Source: Mustelus asterias (lineage: Eukaryota). Taken from it: DNA of 64,000 nucleotides. Where the stretch lies: positions 186,001 through 250,000 of the forward strand of contig NW_027590175.1 of assembly GCF_964213995.1 (NCBI RefSeq), read 5' to 3'. The position numbers and the translations under genes were made by a program. Shown piece by piece: positions 24,433 through 35,879 of this stretch (the first letter of the stretch is position 1; every line of letters begins with the position of its first letter). The notes below the pieces were generated by a model. The model was not told where the DNA came from. It searched no databases and worked only from the letters and a program-made list of their open reading frames with translations.

Positions 24433-24924
24433 TAGTTGAAGACTGAGGTCGTTCTTATAGAGGTCTATAAAATAATGAGGGGCATAGATCAGCTGGATAG
24501 TCAATATTTTCCCCAAAGGCAGGGGAGTCTAAAACTGGAGGGCAGAAGTTTAAGGTGAGAGGGGAGAGATACAAAGTGCCCAGATGGGCAATTTTTTCAC
24601 ACGGAGGATGGTGAGTGTCTGGACCAAGCTGCCAGATGTCGTAGGAGAGGGGGGTACAGGTTTGTCTTTTATAAAATGTTTAGACAGTTAAATGGGTAAG
24701 ATGGTTATAGAGGAATATGGGCCCAACACAGGCAATTGGGACTAGTTTAGTGTTTAAAAAAGTGGCGGCATGGACAATGTGGGGCGAAGGGCCTGTTTCC
24801 ATGCTATAAACCTCCATGACTCTATGCTTGTAATTCGGACAGCTGGCTGTGTGTTTATTATTGTTCATTCGTGGGTTGTGTGTCCATCCCAATCTCTGTC
24901 ACTATCTGTCTCACTTTGTCTCGA

Positions 24925-25158
24925 TGTTTCCTCCGGGTGCTCCGGTTTCCCCCCACAGTCCAAAGATGTGCGCGTTAGGTTGATTGGCCAAGCTAAAAAT
25001 TGCCCTTAGTCTCCTGGGATGCGGAGGTTCGAGGGATTAGTGGGTAAAATATGTAGGGATATGGGGGTAGAGCCTGGATGGGATTGTGGTCGGTGCAGAC
25101 TCGATGGGCCGAATGGCCTCTTTCTGTGCTGTCGGGATTCTAAGATTCTAAGATTCTA
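24925..25158 (+). mobile_element. SINE 3' portion with (GATTCTAA)n tail
   Basis: Shared SINE body and CR1-like 3' end. Confidence 0.75.
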
Positions 25159-25675
25159 ACTGTCCCATTGTTCTCTCCCCTCAGTCTCTCTGTCTGTGCA
25201 TCTATCACAGTTCATTTTTTGCTGTTTTTTCCTGCTTTGTCTGTGTGAGCTAAATTCCCTGGATTGATTTCTGTGATGAGGCAGTTGTCCAGGGAGGACA
25301 CAGTCAGTGGGATGAGTCTGTTCGTCCTATAGTTCAGAATAACCAGAAGTAATCTGATTAAACATTCTGAAACTGGGAGACAGTTTTACAGTGTACATAC
25401 CGAGACGCTGATTCCACCTAGCCGGGGTACTTGGAACAAAAATATTAAGGCGAAACATGTAAGAGGAGTTTGCCATGTTAGGATGGAGATGAAACTAAGA
25501 AGTGGAGGATGTGAATGAAATTATTGATGATTGAGAGGAATACATTGAAACCTTGGGGATTATGTCGGTCGATTAATTGTAAACTTTTTAATCAGAATAA
25601 ACTGAGACAACAAATGGACAAAAAACAGGCTAGTCTTCACATATTTTAGGATATGGAGTGCCGCTTCTTCCATGT

Positions 25676-25739
25676 TCCTGGCTAGCTCAGTCGGTAAAAC
25701 ATGAAGCTTTAATTTCAAGGTTTGAGCCCCAGTTAGGTG
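25676..25739 (+). pseudogene. tRNA-Lys pseudogene
   Basis: Paralogue of 3052 with a deletion. Confidence 0.7.
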
Positions 25740-28133
25740 TCATTACTTTTAAACTTTGCTGCTTTCCTGGGTGAACTCCAGCTCCACTTTCCCCCGGCAG
25801 TGTCAACGCTCAAACTGAGACTTTCTCCATCCCACTTTGTTCACATCACATTTATTGCTTTCTGCTTTAAAGTTATCTCTGTTTCCCTGCAAGTCGACGA
25901 GTTTAGTGCTTTATTCAGCGAGAAGGATTCTTCTAATTTTGCGCCAAATTTGAAACCAAATCTAGGATATTGTGTCAGTAAAAACAATAATGATTCCCGT
26001 TGTCATTCAATCACTCCAGCCTTACATTTTATCGAAAGGACGTTTGATCTTTCCTCCTCTGATCCCCTGTTGTCCTTGACTCTGTATTTGTTTGTAAACC
26101 ATTAAATCTCTAATTTCTTCCAGTTTAATCCCACATTGTATCTGTTTCTCTGCATCTCCGTCGGTTACACGACCACAACTTTTTTTCTAAGTATTCTATT
26201 TTCAAAACCAATGGAGGGTTCTCCCTCATCACAGCTCAGGCTGTGAGTCCTATAAGCCACCGTCTAGGTGAAATGCATTACTGAACCACTCCCTCTAATC
26301 CTGCCATTAATTCTGTTACATTGAATAGTTTAATTTCCTGTGACTCTGTTGGTAACGATTTTGGAATGTCATTAGGCCAAATTGCATTACTGCGACTTGA
26401 ACACAACAATATAGGTTAAAACTCCCGCAATAACAGAGATTGCTGCACTGACGGATATTTTAAACTGATGTCCCCTCTGTCCCATCAGATGTTGGTGGAA
26501 TATCCCATAAAGGAATATTTGTTCGGCTGCAATGATTTTCCATTTACTCCCAGTGAAGTTGGGGGGGGGGGGGGGGAGCGGTGGGTGGGGGGGGGGGCAG
26601 TTTTCAGTGACAGCTTTAGTGGATTGATAAACAGAGCCAATCGAGTTGTGCAGAGACACAATGCAATTCCAATGAAAGGACATAGGCTGGAAATATAAAC
26701 AATGTTTCGCTCTTCACAGACGCACTCAGATTGCATGAAAGTTCCAGGATTTACTGCTTTTATTGCAATGTAAATCATCTGCAGCAGGATAACTGTTTAA
26801 TTGGTGAGTTCCCGCAATAAGGAATTATTGCAAAGAAAGCTCTGAGATCCCCCTGTGAGCTGAAAACTGATCGGTAAAATCAAAGTGTGAATAAGGTCAT
26901 TAGCAGCTGAAAGTGAAAACGGATTCACTCGGTCATCCCATTCACTGATACAATAGCAGAGTCACACTGGAGAGGGACCATTCAAATACTTCACGGTGGT
27001 GATCCGATTCACACCAGGGCTGGTTCTGACCCGGGATTTCTTAGAATCATCGAAGAATACAGCGCAGAGGAGGTCCTTTGGCCGATCGAGTCCACACCAA
27101 CACATCAGAAACACCCGAACTGCCACCTAATCCCATCTGCCAGCATTGGACCATAGCCCTGTATGTTATGGTGTGTCAAGTGCTCATCCAGATACTTCTT
27201 AAAGGATGTGAAGCAATCCGCCTCTACAGCCTCCCATGTAGCGGATTTCAAACCGTCACCACCCTCTGGTTAAGAAAGGAAATCCTCAGATCCCCCCTAA
27301 GCCTCATCTTAACCCCGTGTCCTCTTGTGGCTGACCATTCAGCTCAGAGGAACAGCTGTTCCTTGTCCACTGTTTCCATGTCCCTCATAACTATAAGGAC
27401 CATGGCGAGAGTACACAGGAATCAACTTTTCCATTTGGTGGAGAGACCAATGACTAGGAGTGAAGATTTAATGTAATTGGCACGAGGTTTAGTGGGGATG
27501 CGAGGAAAACAACTTTTCCCCAGAGGGTGATGGGAGGCTGGAAATCGCGAGCTGAAAGGATGGCGGGGCAGAGACCTTCTTAACATTGAAGGCATATTCC
27601 GATATGCACTGTGAAGCTAAAGCACATACGGCACTGGACCAAGTGCTGGAACATGGGATTAGAATTGAGAGACGATTTTGACTGGTGGGGACGCGATGGG
27701 CCGAAGGGACGTTTCTGTGTGATTTATGACTGGGCATTTGCCCTTGTGAAAAATGACTTTCTGGACACTGAAGCCAACGATCTGAGTTCAAATCTTGGTG
27801 AAACCTTGCTTTTCTTTGCTGAAGCCGATGACCGGTTTGCTGAAGGACATTTTATTTCAAAGGCTCAGAAAGTGGAATTCGGAACACTGACATTTTTTCA
27901 GCAAAATCCACCGCAAATACATTGCAGACGATGCAGTGAATGTGTCTCCTGGCGCAATTGCATCATCCCCAGAGGACAATTGCTCAGGAATACAAAGGGC
28001 TCAGAGGCAGAGGTGCCACAGAAAGCAGGGGGTCCACCTACAGATGTGATTGACTCACTCATCTGTCCCAATTTACATAAGAGATGGGACAGCGACAGTC
28101 CAGAGTGCTAACCGTTACACCATGGAACCGACA

Positions 28134-28440
28134 GGGCGGTACGGTAGCACAGTGGTTAGCACTGCTGCTTCATAGCTCCAGGGACCTGGATTCGATTCCT
28201 GGCTTGGGTCACTGTCTGTATGGAGTTTGCACATTCTCCTCGTGTCTGCGTGGGTTTCCTCCGGGTGCTCCGGTTTCCTCCCACCGTCCAAAGATGTGCA
28301 GGTTAGGTTGATTGGCCATGCTAAAAAATTGCCCCTTCGAGTCCTGAGATGTCTAGGTTAGAGGGATTAGTGGGTGGGATATGGGGATAGGGCCTGGGTG
28401 GGATTGTGGTCGGTGCAGACTCGATGGGCCGAAGGGCCTC
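28134..28440 (+). mobile_element. HE1-like SINE, young, runs into assembly gap
   Basis: GGGCGGTACGGTAGCACAGTGGTTAGCACTGCTGC head with A and B boxes. Confidence 0.85.
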
Positions 28441-28585
28441 NNNNNNNNNNNNNNNNNNNNNNNNNNNNNNNNNNNNNNNNNNNNNNNNNNNNNNNNNNNN
28501 NNNNNNNNNNNNNNNNNNNNNNNNNNNNNNNNNNNNNNNNNNNNNNNNNNNNNNNNNNNNNNNNNNNNNNNNNNNNNNNNNNNNN
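28441..28585. other. assembly gap (145 N)
   Basis: Run of N. Confidence 0.99.
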
Positions 28586-29037
28586 TAGACCATTCTTCCA
28601 ACTCAGACACACACACTTGCACAATAATTGTCTGTCTCCAGTTGAATAGTTGTTGTTATGTGACATCCGCTGCTCCTTTCTTTGAACAGACGAGTTAAAG
28701 AGAAAAGACTTTAAAAAACACTGATGTTGCAGGCATCTGTCGCCAGAGGCTCAGCAATGTGCAATGTAATAGAAGTTAAACTGGCTGACAATTTGTCCTC
28801 TCGCTTCGTACTTGGTGAAAAATTTAAACGAAATTTCCTTCAGTAAACCAATCATCAGCTTTTGCAAAGAAATCAAGAATCCGCCTCTGGATCCAGAGTG
28901 CTCACCATTCGACCAGAGCACATAGAACAGAGCAGCCAGCTGCTAATTCTCACTCAAAGCATTTCACCCACCTGCCACATTGAATGAAAGAGGTCACGTG
29001 CTTTGAATGACCATTTGCAGCTGGCTGCTGTGTTCCT

Positions 29038-29109
29038 GGATCTGTGGTGTAATGGCGAGCACTCTGGGCTCTGAATCCAGCGATCCGAATTTAGATCTCG
29101 GTGTACCCT
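29038..29109 (+). pseudogene. tRNA-Gln(CTG) pseudogene
   Basis: 72-nt Gln scaffold with a broken T-loop. Confidence 0.75.
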
Positions 29110-29277
29110 TGCTTTTCTTTGCCAAAGCCGATGAAGGGTTTGCTGAAGGACATTTTATTTAAAATTCTCAGAAAGTGGTATTTTAAACACTGCAGACGAT
29201 GCAGCGAATGACTCTGCTGGTGTCATTACCTCAACCCTAGAGAACGATTGCTCAAGAATACAAAACGCTCAGACACA

Positions 29278-29586
29278 GAATCATTGAATCCCTACTGTGC
29301 AGACGGGAGCCATTCGGTCCATCGAGCCTGCACCGGCAACAATCCCACCCAGGCTCGATCCCCGTAACCCCACGTATTTGCCCTGTTAGTCCCTCTGATG
29401 CTATGGACAATTTAGCATGGCCAATCACACGAAGCCACACATCATTGGATTGTCCGCAGGGTGCTCGGTTTCCTTCCACAAGGGGAGAAAGTGCAAACTG
29501 CACATAGACAGACACCCGAAGACAGAACTGAACCCCGGTTCCTGGCACTGTGAGGCAGCAGTGCTAACCACTGTGCCACCGTGCCA
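29278..29586 (-). mobile_element. HE1-like SINE
   Basis: Reverse complement of the SINE head and body. Confidence 0.8.
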
Positions 29587-29676
29587 GAAAAGCCACATAG
29601 GTCAGGGTTCCCCTACCGATACCATTTTTTGAGTCACCTGTCCCAGGTTACACTAGATTTGGGATGATGAGCATAC

Positions 29677-29748
29677 TGTTTCCCCCAAAATTCAAACTCG
29701 GATTGCTGAGTTCAAAAACCAGAGTGCTAACCGTTACACCATGGAACC
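29677..29748 (-). pseudogene. tRNA-Gln(TTG) pseudogene
   Basis: 5' half intact, 3' half degenerate. Confidence 0.7.
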
Positions 29749-30083
29749 AACAAGGTAGCAACAGGGCGCAGGTTTAAGGCAGGAAACCTTTCACCCAGAT
29801 CTCACACTTGCACACTTTTGCTCAATAATTGCCAGGTTGCTGTCGAAGGATTGTTGTTGTTTGACACAGACTGCTCCTTTGTTTCGACAAAGCCTGAAAG
29901 AGTAGCGAACAATAGAAAAAGAAAAACACAGATGTTGCAAGCACCTGGCGCCAGAGGCTCAACAATGTGCATTGAAATAGCAGTTGAACTCGCTGACAAA
30001 TTGTCCTCTCGATTCGCACTTTGTGAAAATTTTAAATGAAATGCCTTCCACAAAGCAATCATCAGTATTGGCAAAGAAAGGGA

Positions 30084-30150
30084 AGGTCCTGATTTGAACT
30101 CAGATCGCTGGATTCAAAGTCCAGAGTGCTCGCCATTACACCACGGAACA
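30084..30150 (-). pseudogene. tRNA-Gln(TTG) pseudogene
   Basis: Deletion in the 3' acceptor strand. Confidence 0.75.
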
Positions 30151-31106
30151 CAGGACTCAGCTAAACGTTGCAAATGACCTGTGAAACATGACTATTTCTG
30201 CTGATATCTCCCGATACGGCTTGCGAAGGAAATGACTTGATGTCGATCTGGGGGACTGTGTCTTCGCATAGTGAGACGTTTCTGTTGCACTTGCTGTTGC
30301 TGCCACATCGAATGAAAGAGGTCAAATTCTTCGAGTGATCATTTGCAGGTTGTGGGCGCGTTTTGGGATCCGTGGTTTACCGGTGAGGACTCTGAACCTT
30401 GAATCCAACAATCCGAGTTCAATCCCGCCAGCGCATTGCTTTTTTTTTGCTGAAGGGCATCTTATTTCAAACTCTCAGAAAGTGGAAGTCTAACCACTGA
30501 GGAAATCTCAGCAAATTCCACCGCAATCACATTGCAGACGATGCAGCGAATGACTCTCCTGGCGTCATTGCATCAGCTCCAAAGGACTTTTCCTCAAGAA
30601 TACAAAGCGCTGAGAGACACGGAAGCCACAATGGGCAGGGGGTCCACCTTCATGTGTCGTGTCATTCACTCACTCATCTGTCCCAATTTAAACCAGACTT
30701 CGGAGGCGACAGGCCAGAGTGCGATCCGTTACACCATGGAATTGACAGCACTCTGAACGAAGACACTATACTTTTCTCCCAAAACACACACACACACCTA
30801 CACACACACACATTCTCTCCTTCAAACATACACACAGACACATACACTTGCTCAATAATTACCAGACTCCAGTCGCACTGTTATTTTGTGACACCAACTG
30901 CTTCTTACTTCCAACAGATGATTTAAACTGTAGATAAAAGATGAAAAGCACTGACATTGCAGGCATCTGGCGCCAGCGGCTCAGCAATGTTCACTGTCTT
31001 AGCAATTGAACTGGCTGACAGATTGTTCTCTCGATTCTGATTTTGTGTGAAAATTAAGCGAAATGCTTTTTAACCTATCAATCATCTGCGTTGACAAATT
31101 AAAGCA

Positions 31107-31178
31107 TTGTTCCGCCGAGATTTGAACTCGGATCGCTGGATTCAGAGTCCAGAGTGCTCACCATTACACCACGGAACC
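31107..31178 (-). tRNA. tRNA-Gln(CTG), near intact
   Basis: Reverse complement GGTTCCGTGG...CTCTGAA...GTTCAAATCTCGGCGGAACAA; the 1:72 pair is mismatched. Confidence 0.8.
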
Positions 31179-32127
31179 AAGCACGGGACAGTCTGACAAT
31201 GTTCGTTCAATGCCTGTGCCAATTTGAACAGCAGGGAGAAATATCAGTCCCACTCACAATCCCACCAATTACCAAAGCAATCCATATTCACAGTGCCCTT
31301 GCTGGTTCATTCTGTCAAAATGTGTAAGCTACCTTCAACTGCATTAAATTTCACTGTAGCTCACCACATTCAAAGAGCAATGTTAGCATCGAACTGATAT
31401 GAACCTTACTGCGGTAAATGTACTGAACAACATCAGCTTATCACAGCTCTGCTTTCGTCACAATGGAAGCCAGTGTGAAAATATAAACAATTTCACATCT
31501 TAACAGACAGGAAGGAGTTTGTGCCTGCGGATAATTGGCGCTGTGCACGTTGCTGTAATCAGTATCTGGGAGAATCAGGCAGATGAGATCCTGGTGGTCT
31601 CGTGGTTCGGATTCGGCCCTTACAGGGTCGCAGACTGCCTTCGATATATTCAGATTTTAAAAAATAAGCAAGGCAGCAATACTTCCTGTTCCAAAACACC
31701 TCTGCCAGAATCAGTGCATTGAGATTTGTAGTTTTGCTTCAGAGTTGGAAATGTTACATGGGTGACAGGCTGAGATCAAACACAGATAGTCAAAGGCAGT
31801 GATAGGCTGCAAAGCGCTGACGATGGAGGTAGTGATGCAAACTAAAATCCGGGTGGTAATAGGTCAGAGTTAACCGTTTACATTGACAGAAATATCACTT
31901 ATTTCTGGATAAAAATCTCGGGCTAAATGACTTCTAAAAAACGTCTCCCTGAATGAAACACTAAACTATTTGACTTCTACTGATTGCAAATAGTTTTTTA
32001 TTCAGAAATCCGTAATTGTGAGATGAACAACGCGAGATGGAGAAAGCCTCAGTTTGAGTGGTGTCACTGCCGGAGGAATGGAGAGCTGGAATTTAACCAG
32101 GAAATCAGCAAAGTTTAAAAACAATGG

Positions 32128-32198
32128 CGCCTAACGTGGAACTTGAACCCAAGACTCTGCAATTACATTTGCCATGCAACCGACTAAGATAGCCAGGC
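32128..32198 (-). pseudogene. tRNA-Lys pseudogene in an inverted copy of the Lys module
   Basis: About 32000-32720 is the reverse complement of about 2810-3330. Confidence 0.65.
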
Positions 32199-32327
32199 TA
32201 CTGCTGTGATAACCCTTGACCGATTCTTAATATGCATGAACCCAAATGTTGTTCGAATCTGGTGTCTCAGTTTGTTCTGATTACAAAGTTTACAATTAAC
32301 GGACCAACAGCATCCCCAAGGTTACCA

Positions 32328-32575
32328 AAAGAGAAAATGCTGGAAAATCCCAGCAGGCCTGCCAGAATCTGTAAGGAGAGAAAGGAGCTGAAGTTTCGAG
32401 TCCAGGTGACATTTTTCCAAAGCTCAATTAGAAATGTCAGCTTTGAAAAGAGTCATCTGGACTCGAAACGTCAGCTCATTTCTCTCCTTACAGATGTTGC
32501 CAGACCTGCTGAGATTTTCCAGCATTTCCCCTTTTGGTTTCAGATTCCAGCATCCGCAGCAATTTGCTTTTATCC
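32328..32575. mobile_element. Penelope-like family B palindrome
   Basis: Inverted arms; centre GAGTC-ATCTG-GACTC-GAAACGTC-AGCT. Confidence 0.7.
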
Positions 32576-33339
32576 CCAAGGTTACAATGCGTTCCTCTCA
32601 ATCATCAATAACATCATTCAAATCTTCTACTTCTTAGCTGCAGTTCCTTCAAACATTACAAATTCCTCTTACATCTTTCATTCTGATTTTTTATCTGTAC
32701 CATTTAAGATTCAACTTTTGAACTAATATGAATCATTTTGTGACGGTAACAAGCTGTTCGTTCCCATCGGGAACTGAAGCACATTGAGACACAGAGAAAA
32801 CGAAGCAAATACACACACCCGAGAGACAGGGACCTAAGGAGAGACAAACACAATGAAAACAAGCCTGACACTAACATGGTTCTGATGGTGTTCCAGTTCC
32901 GGCTGCAGCATCCGTGAATGTTTCTGTGAATTAATGGAAATGGGAACACGCCCGAGTTTTTGCATGGATTTGATTTAATTCACTCTGTAGACATACAATT
33001 AAAAGCAGGAATAATGACAAGCGGGAAATCCCAATGGATTTTAACTTGATCACGTTAATCACTCGGACACGATTACTCGTTTCTAAGCTATTAAGCCAAC
33101 CGCAGGTCCAATGTAACAGTTACTCTACAATTTACTTTAAACGTCATTACTTCTAACGTCATTAATCGAACATGTAATCACTAAAACTTCATGCAGTAGA
33201 ATGTAGCATTATTCATTTTGACAGGAGGAACGAGCAGAGGCAATGCAAATATGAATTGCTGTGGGCAATTGATAGGCTTGTGGAACCAGCTTCGTTCATC
33301 CTCCAGCAAAGTAGATCCGCGCATTCAAAACCCGTCATT

Positions 33340-33410
33340 GTATATGTGCAGTTTAGTGGTTATCAAATTCGCCTCACACGCGAAAAATTCCAATACTTCA
33401 ATTTCAGAAC
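33340..33410 (+). pseudogene. tRNA-Val(CAC) pseudogene
   Basis: AGTGGTTATCAAATTCGCCTCACACGCGAA. Confidence 0.65.
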
Positions 33411-33784
33411 AGCTCCGATTTCAGTATGATTTGCATTCGTCATTAAGCATCAACTGCGTTGCTGCGTGTAACCAGCATTTTCTGCTTTCAGTCAGTGTCT
33501 GTGAAGGGCAAAACAAGACTCACCTTCCAGCTGGATATCTTGTATCAGACTTGGAAAAGTCAGAGATGTAACAACAACAACAAGCTCAGAAGATAAATCA
33601 CATGGCCCAAACATTGTTCACTCAAGAATCTGATACATGCCCAAATCTGCCGCTCTCAAGTCACATTATTTTAACTCCCTGTTCTACATCTCAGACATTT
33701 CCACACCCATCAAATATCCACCAACAAAAATTCAGCCTGCTCCACAGTTTGTGGTAAACTTACTGTCGATCTTCGCAAGTAGTT

Positions 33785-33848
33785 GGCTTCATTACAGCAC
33801 TGTTTTTTTGTAAACCAATGGTCGCAAGTCAAATTCTCGCTGGAGCCT
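33785..33848 (+). pseudogene. tRNA-Thr(TGT) relic
   Basis: TTGTAAACCAATGGTCGCAAGTCAAATTCTCGCTGGAGCCT. Confidence 0.6.
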
Positions 33849-34732
33849 GAGGTTACGTTTGAGATTCCGGTAACAAGTTAGATGGTGAAATAAGCTGTCG
33901 GGGGGAGACAGACATTTTAGATTAATGAGCAAGAAGATTTAGTTACGGAGGGAGAGAAGTAGAAAGAACAGGACCTACTTGAAATTGTTGAGAAAGTTAT
34001 GTGTTGATGTTCAAAGTGATGAATGGGTATTTTGGTCTTCATTATCAGGGGAATGAAATGCAAGAATCAAGAAGTCTGCCACAATTGTAACCTGGTTCTT
34101 CTGAGACCACAGCTGCAACATTCTGTGCAGTTTTGATCCCCACGGTGGAGAACTGATAGACTTTCATTGGAGGTTGCAGAGGGAATGTTCGAAAGATTGG
34201 ATCCTGAGATGAGGGAGTTGTCCTATGATGATGTTCCCAGGAGCAGGCTGAGGGTAAGAGAGTGGGTTTTCTGACTTTAATTAATTATTTAATTTTTCAG
34301 TTAATTTTGGATTTAAAATCGGAAGTTTTTTTCAAAACCGGAAGTCGGGCCAGGAGTGGCCTGGGGAAGTTTTTGGAGGGTTTAAAAAGGGCTTACCTTG
34401 GAGGTTCAGCTTCATTGTTCCCAGGAGCAGGCTGAGGGTAAGAGAGTGGGTTTTCTGACTTTAATTAATTATTTATTTTTTCAGTTAATTTTGGGTTTAA
34501 AATCGGAGGTTTTTTTCAAAACCGGAAGTAGGGCCAGCAGTGGCCTGGGGAAGTTTTTGGAGGGTTTAAAAGTGCACCAAAGTATACAGCGGGCAGCATC
34601 GTAGTGGGCAGCAGAGTGAGTGGGAAGTTGAGTGAGCTGTCAGGGCTTTGGCTCACAGGGCTTGGACGAGCAGGGGTGAGTTTTTGTTTCCTTACATTCT
34701 TATTAACTTTTCACTGTCTAACTTGACATAAA

Positions 34733-35671
34733 GTGTCCAGTATGAGTGTGAAACCAGTGTGTTGTTCCCAGTGTAGGATGTGGGAGGTCCTGGAGGCATC
34801 TGGCCTCCCGGACATCCACATCTGTGAGGGGTGTGTCGAGCTGCGGTTCCTGAGGGACCGTGTTAGGGAGCTGGAACTGCAGCTCGAGGATCTTAGGCTG
34901 ATGAGGGAGAATGAGGAGGTGATAGACAAGAGCTATCATCAGGTGGTCACACCAGGGCCACGGGAGGAGGCCAAGTGGGTGACGGCCAGGAAGGGTAAGG
35001 CTAGGGTGGTTGAGAGCACCCCAGTGGATTTGCCCCTGCACAACAAGTACTCCTGCTTGAATACTGCTGGGGGGGACAGCCCGCCTGGGGGAAGCAACAG
35101 TGGCCGTGTCTCCGCAGTGGAGTCCAGCCCTGTAACTCAGAGGGCTAAGGAAAAGAGGAGGAAGGCGATATTAATCGGGGACTCGATGGTGAAGGGGACA
35201 GACAGGCGTTTCTGCGGAGGTAGGCGGGATTCTCGCATGGTGGTCTGCCTCCCTGGGGCCGGGATCCAGGATGTCGCTAGTCGCGTCCCGGAAATCCTGA
35301 GGTGGGAGGGAGAGGAGCCTGAGGTAGCGGTACATATTGGTACCGCTGATGTGGGTAGGAAGGGGGAAGGGGTCATGAAAAGGAAGTACAGGGAATTCGG
35401 GAGACAGCTGAGAAAGAGGAAAGCAAAGGTAGTAATCTCAGGATTACTGCCTGTGCCACGGGAAGGTGAGGGCAGGAATGGAGTGAGGTGGAAGATGAAT
35501 GTGTGGCTGAGGAACTGGTGCAGGGGGCAGGGATTCAGGTTCCTGGACCATTGGGACCTCTTTAGGGGCAGGGGTGATCTGTATACAAAAAACGGGTGGA
35601 ACTTGAATCACACGGGGACCAATATCCTGGCCGGTAGGTTGGCTAAGGCTACTGGGGAGAATTTAAACTAG
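34733..35671 (+). CDS. CR1 ORF1p (Cys/His finger, coiled coil, SGNH-esterase-like domain)
   Basis: CSQC...HICEGC, LRDRVRELELQLEDL, LIGDS, HIGT; intact 312 aa. Confidence 0.88.
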   Translation: MSSMSVKPVCCSQCRMWEVLEASGLPDIHICEGCVELRFLRDRVRELELQLEDLRLMRENEEVIDKSYHQVVTPGPREEAKWVTARKGKARVVESTPVDLPLHNKYSCLNTAGGDSPPGGSNSGRVSAVESSPVTQRAKEKRRKAILIGDSMVKGTDRRFCGGRRDSRMVVCLPGAGIQDVASRVPEILRWEGEEPEVAVHIGTADVGRKGEGVMKRKYREFGRQLRKRKAKVVISGLLPVPREGEGRNGVRWKMNVWLRNWCRGQGFRFLDHWDLFRGRGDLYTKNGWNLNHTGTNILAGRLAKATGENLN

Positions 35672-35879
35672 ATAGGTTGGGGGGAGGGGAGCTAGAAGAG
35701 TTGACGAGGATCAAGGAACTAATTGATGGGGGGGAGGATGCAGGGGTAAGGGGAATTACAAAATTAATGGTAGAGGAGAGGGTGCAAGTGAATGAAGGCG
35801 GTAATTTAGATAAGGGAGTAGAGGGAGAGGGTGTTCGCGACTCATCAAAGCGGGTCCAGATAAAAGCTGGAATAAGGAC

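Larger units (their letters stand above)
21580..24825 (+). mobile_element. older CR1 RT fragment interrupted by a SINE and a younger CR1
   Basis: RT motifs 21584-22710 resume at about 24435 (TTATAGAGGTCTATAAAATAATG). Confidence 0.85.
27745..31180. repeat. tandem array of roughly 1.2-kb tRNA-Gln cassettes (both strands)
   Basis: Gln relics at about 27750(+), 28097(- half), 28880(-), 29038(+), 29677(-), 30084(-), 30366(+), 30711(- half) and 31107(-), with repeated spacers. Confidence 0.75.
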
